Below, in pieces: positions 1 through 16,532 of a stretch of DNA of 64,000 nucleotides (position 1 is the stretch's first letter; each line of letters begins with the position of its first letter). This DNA comes from Escherichia coli (GTDB taxonomy: Bacteria; Pseudomonadota; Gammaproteobacteria; Enterobacterales; Enterobacteriaceae). Where the stretch lies: NCBI RefSeq assembly GCF_011045215.1, contig NZ_CP049201.1, one strand, 5' to 3'. The position numbers and the translations under genes are program-made. Under the pieces are notes generated by a model. It saw nothing but the letters and a program-made list of their open reading frames with translations. It was not told where the DNA came from and searched no databases.

Positions 1-850
1 AGAGGCGCTGTTCGTCAATATCAACCGCAACAACCTGCGCTTCTGGTGCCACCTCAAGGATATGCGTTGTTTTACCGCCGGGGGCGGCACAAAGATCCAG
101 AATGTGTTCACCGTTTTGTGGCGCAAGCCAGGTCATGCAACCTTGTGCTGATGCATCCTGAACGGTAACCCATCCGTCTTCAAAACCAGGTAGCGCATGA
201 ACAGGTGCAGGTGTTTCCAGCCGTACAGCATCAGGGTAATCCGCATGCGGGAAACCTTTCATTCCTGCTTCATCCAGCAATGCAAGCCAGCTGTCGCGGG
301 AATGATGCGTACGATTAATACGCAGCCACATTGACGGACGCTGGTTATTGGCTTCGACGATGGATTGCCACTGCTCTGGATACGCTTTTTGCAGACGCTT
401 CAGCAACCAGGAAGGATGCAGATAACGTGCATCACTGGTATTAAACTCGGCTAATAACTCTTCTTGCTGACGCTGGAACTGGCGTAATACACCGTTAATC
501 AACCCTTTAAGTTGCGGACGCTTAATTGCGATAGCGCCTTCAACCGTTTCAGCCAGCGCAGCATGAGGTGGAATGCGGGTATAAAGCAGTTGATACAAAC
601 CAACCATAATCAGGTAATGCACAGTGCGCTGTTTGCCGGTCATCGGACGGGCCATTAACTTATTAATCAGCCAGTCTAACTGCGAAAGCGTACGCAGTAC
701 GCCAAAGCACAACTCTTGAAGAAGTGCTTTGTCTTTATCGGAAACTTTTTGCTGGAGCGGTGGCAGAATGTTGCTTAATGATTGCCCTTGCTCGACGACT
801 TGTTCAACGGCCTGGGCCGCCATGCTACGTAAATTACGTTGTTTTTTCAT
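1..850 (-). CDS. rsmB: 16S rRNA m5C967 methyltransferase RsmB, N-terminal part (gene continues beyond window start)
   Basis: Reverse strand from ATG at 850 translates [26 protein letters not shown]..., recognised as RsmB; sits downstream of fmt as in the def-fmt-rsmB operon. Not in the ORF track because it is truncated by the window edge. Confidence 0.85.
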   Translation of the reverse strand, partial: MKKQRNLRSMAAQAVEQVVEQGQSLSNILPPLQQKVSDKDKALLQELCFGVLRTLSQLDWLINKLMARPMTGKQRTVHYLIMVGLYQLLYTRIPPHAALAETVEGAIAIKRPQLKGLINGVLRQFQRQQEELLAEFNTSDARYLHPSWLLKRLQKAYPEQWQSIVEANNQRPSMWLRINRTHHSRDSWLALLDEAGMKGFPHADYPDAVRLETPAPVHALPGFEDGWVTVQDASAQGCMTWLAPQNGEHILDLCAAPGGKTTHILEVAPEAQVVAVDIDEQRL

Positions 851-895
851 AAGTATAAAAATGCCCGGCAAGACCGGGCTTAGAAGATTGGACTA

Positions 896-1843
896 TCAGG
901 CCAGACGGTTGCCCGGAACAAACCATTCCCGACGAGAATTCAGGAGGTCTTGCGCGCTCATCGCTTTCTTACCCGCAGGTTGTAACGAGAGCAGATTCAG
1001 GATGCCATCACCAGTCGCAACCTGAATGCCTTGTTTGTTGGCTTCAAGGATCGTTCCTGGTGCAGCGTTGGTTGCCGTATCAATGACCGACGCTTTCCAG
1101 ACTTTAATCGGCTGTCCTTCAATTTCCAGCCAGCTCATTGGCCATGGATTGAAAGCACGAATGCAGCGTTCAAGCTGTGCTGCCGAAAGTGACCAGTCAA
1201 TACGCGCTTCTTCTTTACTCAACTTCTCGGCGTAAGTGACAAGAGTTTCGTCCTGAACTTCTGGTTTCGCCGTGCCGTCTGCCAATTGTTTCAACGTGGT
1301 GATAAGCCCTTGTGGGCCAAGCTCTGCCAGCTTGTCGTACAGCGTACCACTGGTATCTTCTGCAGTAATCGGGCAGGAGAGCTTATAGAGCATGTCACCG
1401 GTGTCTAAACCAACATCCATTTGCATAATGGTCACACCAGTTTCTGCATCACCCGCCCATAGTGAGCGTTGGATTGGTGCAGCACCGCGCCAGCGTGGCA
1501 GCAGTGAACCATGAACGTTGATACAGCCAAGACGCGGCATCTCCAGCACTGCTTTAGGCAGAATTAAGCCATAGGCGACGACAACCATAACATCAGCCTG
1601 TAGATCGGCGACCAGTTGCTGGTTTTCTTGTGGACGCAGGGAAACCGGTTGAAAAACGGGCAGACCTTTTTCCTCAGCCAGAACTTTAACCGGGCTGGGC
1701 ATCAGTTTTTTACCGCGTCCTGCCGGTCGGTCTGGCTGGGTGAACACGCCAACGACGTTATGACCAGAAGACAACAGCGCGTCGAGATGACGCGCTGCAA
1801 AGTCAGGTGTACCCGCAAAAATAATACGTAGTGATTCTGACAC
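896..1843 (-). CDS. fmt: Methionyl-tRNA formyltransferase
   Basis: 315-aa [27 protein letters not shown]...; length and sequence match Fmt; immediately downstream of def. Confidence 0.95.
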   Translation of the reverse strand: MSESLRIIFAGTPDFAARHLDALLSSGHNVVGVFTQPDRPAGRGKKLMPSPVKVLAEEKGLPVFQPVSLRPQENQQLVADLQADVMVVVAYGLILPKAVLEMPRLGCINVHGSLLPRWRGAAPIQRSLWAGDAETGVTIMQMDVGLDTGDMLYKLSCPITAEDTSGTLYDKLAELGPQGLITTLKQLADGTAKPEVQDETLVTYAEKLSKEEARIDWSLSAAQLERCIRAFNPWPMSWLEIEGQPIKVWKASVIDTATNAAPGTILEANKQGIQVATGDGILNLLSLQPAGKKAMSAQDLLNSRREWFVPGNRLA

Positions 1844-1857
1844 GTTAGTTCTTATCC

Positions 1858-2367
1858 TTAAGCCCGGGCTTTCAGACGATCCAGTTTTTCAACTTTCTGA
1901 CGAATACGTTGTTGTTTCAGCGGTGACAGATAATCCATAAACAGTTTGCCGACCAGGTGATCCATCTCATGCTGAATACAGATGGCTAACAGACCGTCTG
2001 CTTCCAATTCAAATGGTTTACCGTCACGGTCCAGGGCGCGAATTTTAACTTTCTCTGCGCGTGGCACTAAAGCACGTTGTTCAGGGATCGACAGGCAACC
2101 TTCTTCAATGCCTGTTTCGCCGCTTTTTTCTAAAAGCTCCGGATTGATTAACACCAGCCGTTCGTCACGGTTTTCCGAAACATCAATAACAATGATACGT
2201 TGATGGATATCAACCTGGGTTGCCGCCAGGCCAATACCTTCTTCTGCGTACATCGTCTCGAACATATCATCGACGATACGCTGAATTTCTGCATTCACTT
2301 CTTCTACCGGTTTAGCAACTTTGCGAAGCCGCTCGTCCGGAATATGTAACACTTGCAAAACTGACAT
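1858..2367 (-). CDS. def: Peptide deformylase
   Basis: 169-aa [27 protein letters not shown]... with GCLS and HEMDH metal-binding motifs. Confidence 0.95.
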
Positions 2368-2496
2368 AAATCTCCAGAGATGTGTTCAGGAGTTAGAAAG
2401 ATTATTTCTTCTATTCTAGACAAATCCCCCTCTGATTGACAGCATCACTGACCAATCGCAAAGATTGCTAAGGCTGCTTATGGCAGGGAGATAAGG

Positions 2497-3621
2497 ATGG
2501 TCGATACAGAAATTTGGCTGCGTTTAATGAGTATCAGCAGCTTGTACGGCGATGATATGGTCCGTATAGCTCACTGGCTGGCAAGACAGTCGCATATTGA
2601 TGCGGTTGTATTGCAGCAAACAGGGCTTACATTGCGGCAGGCACAACGCTTTCTTTCATTTCCGCGGAAGAGTATCGAAAGCTCACTTTGTTGGTTGGAG
2701 CAACCCAACCATCATTTAATCCCTGCGGACAGCGAATTTTATCCTCCTCAACTTCTGGCGACGACAGATTACCCCGGCGCACTGTTTGTTGAAGGAGAAC
2801 TGCACGCGCTGCATTCATTTCAGCTTGCCGTAGTGGGGAGTCGGGCGCATTCATTGTATGGCGAGCGATGGGGACGATTATTTTGCGAAACTCTGGCGAA
2901 GCATGGAGTGACAATTACGAGTGGACTGGCGCGTGGAATCGATGGTGTAGCGCATAAAGCAGCCTTACAGGTAAATGGCGTCAGCATTGCTGTATTGGGG
3001 AATGGACTTAATACCATTCATCCCCGCCGCCATGCCCGACTGGCTACCAGTTTGCTTGAACATGGTGGGGCACTTGTCTCGGAATTTCCCCTCGATGTTC
3101 CACCCCTTGCTTACAATTTCCCACGAAGAAATCGCATTATCAGTGGTCTAAGTAAAGGTGTACTGGTGGTGGAAGCGGCTTTGCGCAGTGGTTCGTTGGT
3201 GACAGCACGTTGTGCGCTTGAGCAGGGGCGTGAAGTTTTTGCCTTGCCAGGACCAATAGGGAATCCGGGAAGCGAAGGGCCTCACTGGTTAATAAAACAA
3301 GGTGCGATTCTTGTGACGGAACCGGAAGAAATTCTGGAAAACTTGCAATTTGGATTGCACTGGTTGCCAGACGCCCCTGAAAATTCATTTTATTCACCAG
3401 ATCAGGAAGACGTGGCATTGCCATTTCCTGAGCTCCTGGCTAACGTAGGAGATGAGGTAACACCTGTTGACGTCGTCGCTGAACGTGCCGGCCAACCTGT
3501 GCCAGAGGTAGTTACTCAACTACTCGAACTGGAGTTAGCAGGATGGATCGCAGCTGTACCCGGCGGCTATGTCCGATTGAGGAGGGCATGCCATGTTCGA
3601 CGTACTAATGTATTTGTTTGA
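2497..3621 (+). CDS. dprA: DNA-processing protein DprA/Smf
   Basis: 374-aa ORF, divergent from def; DprA/Smf Rossmann-like domain recognisable in translation. Confidence 0.9.
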
Positions 3622-4066
3622 AACCTATATTCACACAGAAGCTGAGTTGCGTGTGGATCAAGACAAACTTGAACAGGATCTTACCGACGCAGGATTTGAT
3701 CGAGAAGATATCTACAATGCCCTGCTTTGGCTGGAAAAGCTTGCGGATTATCAGGAAGGACTGGCAGAACCGATGCAACTGGCCTCTGATCCACTCTCCA
3801 TGCGTATTTATACCCCTGAGGAGTGTGAAAGACTGGATGCCAGCTGTCGTGGTTTTCTGCTTTTCCTTGAGCAAATTCAGGTGCTTAACCTTGAAACCCG
3901 TGAAATGGTGATAGAGCGAGTGCTCGCGCTGGATACCGCAGAGTTCGACCTGGAAGACCTGAAATGGGTAATCCTGATGGTGTTGTTCAATATTCCGGGC
4001 TGCGAAAATGCGTACCAGCAAATGGAAGAATTACTCTTTGAAGTGAATGAAGGTATGCTGCATTAA
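3593..4066 (+). CDS. smg: Smg protein (DUF494)
   Basis: 157-aa [33 protein letters not shown]...; start overlaps dprA 3' end by 29 nt. Confidence 0.9.
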
Positions 4067-4094
4067 TCATTTCTTTAATTCAGCATAAGTTGTT

Positions 4095-4637
4095 ATGGCG
4101 AAATCAGCACTGTTCACGGTGCGTAATAATGAATCCTGCCCAAAATGCGGGGCTGAACTGGTTATTCGATCCGGGAAACACGGTCCGTTTCTTGGCTGCT
4201 CACAGTATCCGGCGTGTGACTACGTCCGTCCTCTGAAATCTTCAGCGGATGGACATATTGTCAAAGTTCTGGAGGGGCAGGTTTGCCCTGCATGTGGCGC
4301 AAATCTGGTATTACGCCAGGGACGCTTTGGTATGTTTATTGGTTGCAGTAACTACCCTGAATGCGAACATACCGAACTTATCGATAAACCGGACGAAACA
4401 GCAATTACATGTCCCCAATGCCGGACGGGCCATCTGGTCCAGCGCCGCTCCCGTTATGGCAAAACATTTCACTCCTGTGATCGCTACCCGGAGTGTCAAT
4501 TTGCCATTAACTTCAAACCCATAGCTGGAGAATGCCCTGAGTGTCATTATCCGCTACTCATCGAAAAGAAAACCGCGCAGGGTGTAAAACACTTTTGTGC
4601 CAGTAAACAATGTGGAAAGCCGGTTTCGGCGGAATAA
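4095..4637 (+). CDS. yrdD: Topoisomerase-I-C-terminal-like zinc-ribbon DNA-binding protein YrdD
   Basis: 180-aa ORF with three repeated C-x2-C ... C-x4-C zinc-ribbon units ([12 protein letters not shown]; [12 protein letters not shown]; CPQCR..CDRYPEC) plus a fourth CPEC. Confidence 0.85.
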   Translation: MAKSALFTVRNNESCPKCGAELVIRSGKHGPFLGCSQYPACDYVRPLKSSADGHIVKVLEGQVCPACGANLVLRQGRFGMFIGCSNYPECEHTELIDKPDETAITCPQCRTGHLVQRRSRYGKTFHSCDRYPECQFAINFKPIAGECPECHYPLLIEKKTAQGVKHFCASKQCGKPVSAE

Positions 4638-4641
4638 TAAC

Positions 4642-5214
4642 GTGAATAATAACCTGCAAGGAGACGCTATCGCAGCTGCGATAGATGTCCTCAATGAAGA
4701 ACGTGTCATCGCCTATCCAACGGAAGCCGTTTTCGGCGTCGGGTGCGATCCTGATAGCGAAACAGCAGTGATGCGACTGTTGGAGTTAAAACAGCGTCCG
4801 GTTGATAAGGGGCTGATTTTAATCGCGGCAAATTACGAGCAGCTTAAACCCTATATTGATGACACCATGCTGACTGATGCGCAGCGTGAAACCATTTTTT
4901 CCCGCTGGCCAGGTCCTGTCACCTTTGTCTTTCCCGCGCCTGCGACAACACCGCGCTGGTTGACGGGCCGCTTTGATTCGCTTGCTGTACGAGTCACCGA
5001 CCATCCGTTGGTGGTTGCTTTGTGCCAAGCTTATGGTAAACCGCTGGTTTCTACCAGTGCCAACTTGAGTGGATTGCCACCTTGTCGAACAGTAGACGAA
5101 GTTCGCGCACAATTTGGCGCGGCGTTCCCGGTTGTGCCTGGTGAAACGGGGGGGCGTTTAAATCCTTCAGAAATCCGCGATGCCCTGACGGGTGAACTGT
5201 TTCGACAGGGGTAA
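4642..5214 (+). CDS. tsaC: L-threonylcarbamoyladenylate synthase TsaC (YrdC/RimN)
   Basis: GTG start at 4642 gives the 190-aa protein [38 protein letters not shown]... (YrdC/Sua5 fold); the ORF-track entry 4597..5214 is an upstream in-frame extension. Confidence 0.85.
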
Positions 5215-5218
5215 CATA

Positions 5219-6037
5219 ATGGAAACCTATGCTGTTTTTGGTAATCCGATAGCCCACAGCAAATCGCCATTCATTCATCAGCAATTTGCTCAGCAACTGA
5301 ATATTGAACATCCCTATGGGCGCGTGTTGGCACCCATCAATGATTTCATCAACACACTGAACGCTTTCTTTCGTGCTGGTGGTAAAGGTGCGAATGTGAC
5401 GGTGCCTTTTAAAGAAGAGGCTTTTGCCAGAGCGGATGAGCTTACTGAACGGGCAGCGTTGGCTGGTGCTGTTAATACCCTCATGCGGTTAGAAGATGGA
5501 CGCCTGCTGGGTGACAATACCGATGGTGTAGGCTTGTTAAGCGATCTGGAACGTCTGTCTTTTATCCGCCCTGGTTTACGTATTCTGCTTATCGGCGCTG
5601 GTGGAGCATCTCGCGGCGTACTACTGCCACTCCTTTCCCTGGACTGTGCGGTGACAATCACTAATCGGACGGTATCCCGCGCGGAAGAGTTGGCTAAATT
5701 GTTTGCGCACACTGGCAGTATTCAGGCGTTGGGTATGGACGAACTGGAAGGTCATGAGTTTGATCTCATTATTAATGCAACATCCAGTGGCATCAGTGGT
5801 GATATTCCGGCGATCCCGTCATCGCTCATTCATCCAGGCATTTATTGCTATGACATGTTCTATCAGAAAGGAAAAACTCCTTTTCTGGCATGGTGTGAGC
5901 AGCGAGGCTCAAAGCGTAATGCTGATGGTTTAGGAATGCTGGTGGCACAGGCGGCTCATGCCTTCCTTCTTTGGCATGGCGTTCTGCCTGATGTAGAACC
6001 GGTCATCAAACTATTGCAACAGGAGTTGTCAGCGTGA
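5219..6037 (+). CDS. aroE: Shikimate dehydrogenase
   Basis: Internal ATG at 5219 gives 272 aa [28 protein letters not shown]...; NADP-binding GAGGASRG motif present. Confidence 0.9.
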   Translation: METYAVFGNPIAHSKSPFIHQQFAQQLNIEHPYGRVLAPINDFINTLNAFFRAGGKGANVTVPFKEEAFARADELTERAALAGAVNTLMRLEDGRLLGDNTDGVGLLSDLERLSFIRPGLRILLIGAGGASRGVLLPLLSLDCAVTITNRTVSRAEELAKLFAHTGSIQALGMDELEGHEFDLIINATSSGISGDIPAIPSSLIHPGIYCYDMFYQKGKTPFLAWCEQRGSKRNADGLGMLVAQAAHAFLLWHGVLPDVEPVIKLLQQELSA

Positions 6038-6291
6038 ATCAGGCCATCCAGTTTCCGGACAGGGAAGAGTGGGACGAGAATAAAAAATGTGTATGTTTTC
6101 CCGCTCTCGTGAATGGCATGCAACTGACATGTGCGATCTCTGGCGATAGCCTGGCGTATCGCTTTACTGGAGATACGCCAGAGCAGTGGTTAGCGAGTTT
6201 TCGTCAGCATCGCTGGGACCTGGAAGAAGAAGCGGAAAACTTAATTCAGGAACAAAGTGAAGATGATCAAGGTTGGGTCTGGTTACCCTGA
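6034..6291 (+). CDS. yrdB: DUF1488 family protein YrdB
   Basis: 85-aa [35 protein letters not shown]...; start overlaps aroE stop. Confidence 0.8.
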   Translation: MNQAIQFPDREEWDENKKCVCFPALVNGMQLTCAISGDSLAYRFTGDTPEQWLASFRQHRWDLEEEAENLIQEQSEDDQGWVWLP

Positions 6292-6821
6292 TCCAGGTAT
6301 TCGTCTTTCCATTTCACGTAATTATTCGCGGAGTAACGTAACCCAGCCTTCTCTTCATCACTTAACGGGCGGATCTGTTTGACGGGACTACCGAGATACA
6401 GATATCCGCTCTCCAGCCGTTTATTTTGTGGGACCAGACTACCCGCACCAATCATCACATCATCTTCTACTATTGCGCCATCAAGTAAAATTGAGCCCAT
6501 CCCAACCAAAACTCGATTGCCAATGGTGCAGCCGTGGAGCATCACCTTGTGACCAACAGTGACATCTTCGCCAATGGTTAATGGGTTGCCATCTGGGTTG
6601 TACGAGGATTTATGAGTGACATGCAACATACTGCCATCCTGGATATTGGTGCGTGCTCCGATCTGTACATAATGTACATCTCCACGAATCACAACGAGCG
6701 GCCAGATCCCCACATCATCAGCCAGACGAACGTCACCAATCACGACACTGCTATCGTCGATCATTACGCGCTGACCGATTTGTGGAAAAAGATCGCGGTA
6801 TGGGCGTAAAACATCAGACAT
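6267..6821 (-). CDS. yrdA: Gamma-carbonic-anhydrase-like hexapeptide-repeat protein YrdA
   Basis: ATG at 6821 gives 184 aa MSDVLRPYRDLFPQIGQRVMIDDSSVVIGDV... (left-handed beta-helix repeats); the 293-aa track ORF is an N-terminal over-extension running into the rrn promoter region. Confidence 0.85.
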   Translation of the reverse strand: MSDVLRPYRDLFPQIGQRVMIDDSSVVIGDVRLADDVGIWPLVVIRGDVHYVQIGARTNIQDGSMLHVTHKSSYNPDGNPLTIGEDVTVGHKVMLHGCTIGNRVLVGMGSILLDGAIVEDDVMIGAGSLVPQNKRLESGYLYLGSPVKQIRPLSDEEKAGLRYSANNYVKWKDEYLDQGNQTQP

Positions 6822-6929
6822 ACTTACCTCAGCAATAAATGATTTACTAATGACTTTGGGGGCATTATTGGCCTTGTGCAAGTCTTTTAGTATGCAAAAA
6901 AGCACCGTTTTGTGTGCGATTGCAGCAAA

Positions 6930-7001
6930 AAGGGTGAAAAAACAACAAACAGAAAAAAAGATCAAAAAAATACTTGTGCAAAAAATTGGGATCCCTATAA
7001 T
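6930..7001 (+). promoter_or_regulatory. rrnD P1 promoter with A-rich UP element
   Basis: TTGTGC (6974-6979), 16-bp spacer, TATAAT (6996-7001), GC-rich discriminator GCGCC; preceded by an A-rich tract 6935-6973 typical of rrn P1 UP elements. Confidence 0.75.
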
Positions 7002-7081
7002 GCGCCTCCGTTGAGACGACAACGTGAAACACTTCACAGGATGGTCGGAACAACGAAGAGAAAAAACCCTGAAATTCAGGG

Positions 7082-7109
7082 TTGACTCTGAAAGAGGAAA
7101 GCGTAATAT
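7082..7109 (+). promoter_or_regulatory. rrnD P2 promoter
   Basis: TTGACT (7082-7087) and TAATAT (7104-7109) with 16-bp spacer, about 100 bp downstream of P1 as in E. coli rrn operons. Confidence 0.7.
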
Positions 7110-7149
7110 ACGCCACCTCGCGACAGTGAGCTGAAAGCCGCGTCGCAAC

Positions 7150-7162
7150 TGCTCTTTAACAA
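7150..7162 (+). promoter_or_regulatory. rrn leader boxA antitermination element
   Basis: TGCTCTTTAACAA matches the boxA consensus between P2 and mature 16S. Confidence 0.75.
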
Positions 7163-7293
7163 TTTATCAGACAATCTGTGTGGGCACTCGAAGATACGGA
7201 TTCTTAACGTCGCAAGACGAAAAATGAATACCAAGTCTCAAGAGTGAACACGTAATTCATTACGAAGTTTAATTCTTTGAGCATCAAACTTTT

Positions 7294-8835
<1,542 letters not shown>

Positions 8836-8903
8836 CCTTAAAGAAGCGTTCTTTGTAGTGCTCACACAGATTGTCTGATGAAAATGAGCAGTAAAACCTC
8901 TAC

Positions 8904-8980
<77 letters not shown>

Positions 8981-9022
8981 AATTTGCACGGCAAATTTGA
9001 AGAGGTTTTAACTACATGTTAT

Positions 9023-9098
9023 GGGGCTATAGCTCAGCTGGGAGAGCGCCTGCTTTGCACGCAGGAGGTCTGCGGTTCGATCCCGCATAGCTCCACCA
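9023..9098 (+). tRNA. alaU: tRNA-Ala (TGC)
   Basis: GGGGCTATAGCTCAGCTGGGAGAGCGCCTGCTTTGCACGCAGGAGGTCTGCGGTTCGATCCCGCATAGCTCCACCA; 76 nt with G3:U70. Confidence 0.97.
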
Positions 9099-9161
9099 TC
9101 TCTGTAGTGATTAAATAAAAAATACTTCAGAGTGTACCTGCAAAGGTTCACTGCGAAGTTT

Positions 9162-9174
9162 TGCTCTTTAAAAA
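9162..9174 (+). promoter_or_regulatory. 16S-23S spacer boxA element
   Basis: TGCTCTTTAAAAA in the spacer downstream of tRNA-Ala, at the usual position of the second boxA. Confidence 0.6.
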
Positions 9175-9272
9175 TCTGGATCAAGCTGAAAATTGAAACA
9201 CTGAACAACGAAAGTTGTTCGTGAGTCTCTCAAATTTTCGCAACTCTGAAGTGAAACATCTTCGGGTTGTGA

Positions 9273-12175
<2,903 letters not shown>

Positions 12176-12268
12176 ACAACGCCGAAGCTGTTTTGGCGGA
12201 TTGAGAGAAGATTTTCAGCCTGATACAGATTAAATCAGAACGCAGAAGCGGTCTGATAAAACAGAATT

Positions 12269-12388
12269 TGCCTGGCGGCCGTAGCGCGGTGGTCCCACCT
12301 GACCCCATGCCGAACTCAGAAGTGAAACGCCGTAGCGCCGATGGTAGTGTGGGGTCTCCCCATGCGAGAGTAGGGAACTGCCAGGCAT
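12269..12388 (+). rRNA. rrfD: 5S ribosomal RNA (first copy)
   Basis: TGCCTGGCGGCCGTAGCGCGGTGGTCCCACCTGACCCCATGCCGAACTCAGAAGTGAAACG...GCCAGGCAT; 120 nt. Confidence 0.97.
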
Positions 12389-12400
12389 CAAATTTAGCGT

Positions 12401-12476
12401 GCTGATATGGCTCAGTTGGTAGAGCGCACCCTTGGTAAGGGTGAGGTCCCCAGTTCGACTCTGGGTATCAGCACCA
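12401..12476 (+). tRNA. thrV: tRNA-Thr (GGT)
   Basis: GCTGATATGGCTCAGTTGGTAGAGCGCACCCTTGGTAAGGGTGAGGTCCCCAGTTCGACTCTGGGTATCAGCACCA; 76 nt. Confidence 0.95.
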
Positions 12477-12513
12477 CTTTTTAGGTTAAAGTTCGGCAGA
12501 TTAGAAAAGAATT

Positions 12514-12633
12514 TGTCTGGCGGCAGTAGCGCGGTGGTCCCACCTGACCCCATGCCGAACTCAGAAGTGAAACGCCGTAGCGCCGATGGTAGTGTGGGGC
12601 CTCCCCATGCGAGAGTAGGGAACTGCCAGACAT
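12514..12633 (+). rRNA. rrfF: 5S ribosomal RNA (second copy)
   Basis: TGTCTGGCGGCAGTAGCGCGGTGGTCCCACC...GCCAGACAT; 120 nt; differs from rrfD at a few positions including compensatory changes in the terminal helix. Confidence 0.95.
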
Positions 12634-12644
12634 CAAATCAAGCG

Positions 12645-12672
12645 AAAGGCCATCCGAAAGGATGGCCTTTTT
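12645..12672 (+). terminator. rrnD rho-independent terminator
   Basis: AAAGGCCATCC-GAAA-GGATGGCCTTTTT: perfect 11-bp stem followed by a T-run. Confidence 0.85.
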
Positions 12673-12693
12673 GCTTTTCGAACTAACATTCAA

Positions 12694-12909
12694 TTAATGG
12701 ATTACCTGCGATAAAAATGCCCTCGTACGCTCTGATTTAGGATGCGCAAAAAATTCATCAGGTGCAGCTTGCTCCACTATTTCCCCACGATCCATAAAAA
12801 TTACCCGGTCAGCGACGGTTCGTGCAAACCCCATCTCATGTGTTACACACAACATTGTCATACCCGACTGCGCCAGCCCAATCATCGTATCCAGCACCTC
12901 TTTCACCAT
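12694..12909 (-). pseudogene. yhdZ: yhdZ 3' fragment (ABC ATPase residues 182-252) separated from its 5' part by an IS insertion
   Basis: Translates MVKEVLDTMIGLAQSGMTMLCVTHEMGFARTVADRVIFMDRGEIVEQAAPDEFFAHPKSERTRAFLSQVIH, containing the ABC H-loop (CVTHE) but no Walker A/B; contiguous in frame with the N-terminal fragment once the IS is removed. Confidence 0.9.
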
Positions 12910-12910
12910 C
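12905..12910. repeat. Target-site duplication (ACCATC), right-hand copy relative to yhdZ
   Basis: ACCATC immediately abuts the IS end at 12911; identical hexamer at 14865-14870. Confidence 0.8.
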
Positions 12911-15412
<2,502 letters not shown>

Positions 15413-15419
15413 AGTGTCC

Positions 15420-16523
15420 TCAATGCGGTGTACGCCCGGTAGTAAAACGTTTTTCCAGATGTTGGCTATAACGTGACATGCTGAAACAGAAGATCCAGTA
15501 GATCAGCGCGGCGAAAACATACCCTTCCGTCGACATACCCAACCAGGCGGGATCAACGGTTGCCTGCTGAACGCTACTGAAAAGATCGAACAACCCGATG
15601 ATGATCACCAGGCTGGTATCTTTGAAGAGTGCGATGATGGTATTTACCAGCCCAGGAATTACCAGCTTCAACGCCTGTGGCAGAATAACCAGCCCCTGAG
15701 TTTTCCAGTAACCCAATGCCAGTGACTCTGCCGCTTCATATTGCCCTTTAGGCAGCGCCTGTAATCCGCCTCGCACGACTTCCGCAACATATGCTGACTG
15801 AAACAGGATCACGCCAACCAGCGCGCGGATCAGTTTGTCGATACTGGTGCCTTCTGCCATAAACAACGGCAGCATGACCGAAGACATAAACAATACGGTA
15901 ATCAGCGGTACGCCGCGCCAGAACTCGATAAAAATGACCGATAAGATACGCACAATCGGCATATGGGAGCGGCGACCTAACGCCAGTAAGATCCCCCACG
16001 GTAGCGCCCCCGCAATCCCAACGGATGCAATAATTAAAGTTAGCGTCAGCCCGCCCCATTGCCGGGTTTCAACCCGCTCAAGAGCAAAAAAACCGCCATA
16101 CATCAGCCACCAGACAATCAGTGGGTAAATCACCGCCCAGGCCGCAATATAGCGACCGCGATGCGGGAGTATTTTCCAGAACATTGGTGCGATCGACACA
16201 AGCCCAATCAGTAATGCGAGGTTAATTCGCCAGCGTTGGTCGTGTGGGTAAAGCCCATACATAAACTGACCAAATCGTTCGTGGATGAAGACCCAACAGG
16301 CACCAGCTTTTGTGCAGTCGGCACGCGTTGAGCCAACCCAGTTAGCCTGCAAAAATGCCCAGTTCAGCAACGGTGGGATCAGTTCCCACATCAACCATAT
16401 GCAGCCAATAGTCAGCAGGCTATTGCTCCAGCTGGAGAACAGATTTTTTCGCACCCACACCATCGCGCGGTTTGAGTTATGGCTCGCCGGGCGCGGGGGA
16501 TGAGACAGCAATACTTTTGTCAT
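15420..16523 (-). CDS. yhdY: Amino-acid ABC transporter permease YhdY
   Basis: 367-aa membrane protein from the second Met of the 368-aa track ORF (tandem Met, start choice +/-3 nt); ABC permease EAA-like loop present. Confidence 0.88.
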   Translation of the reverse strand: MTKVLLSHPPRPASHNSNRAMVWVRKNLFSSWSNSLLTIGCIWLMWELIPPLLNWAFLQANWVGSTRADCTKAGACWVFIHERFGQFMYGLYPHDQRWRINLALLIGLVSIAPMFWKILPHRGRYIAAWAVIYPLIVWWLMYGGFFALERVETRQWGGLTLTLIIASVGIAGALPWGILLALGRRSHMPIVRILSVIFIEFWRGVPLITVLFMSSVMLPLFMAEGTSIDKLIRALVGVILFQSAYVAEVVRGGLQALPKGQYEAAESLALGYWKTQGLVILPQALKLVIPGLVNTIIALFKDTSLVIIIGLFDLFSSVQQATVDPAWLGMSTEGYVFAALIYWIFCFSMSRYSQHLEKRFTTGRTPH

Positions 16524-16532
16524 CATGACTCC

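Noticed and set aside
729-1025. 98-aa plus-strand ORF spanning the rsmB start and fmt end
   Set aside because: Antisense to two well-supported genes, with no recognisable domain; spurious.
6267-7148. 293-aa reverse-strand ORF extending yrdA upstream through the rrnD P1/P2 promoter region
   Set aside because: The extension is low-complexity (Phe/Cys/Leu-rich) translation of an AT-rich promoter region; the conserved protein begins at the internal ATG at 6821 (MSDVLRPY...).
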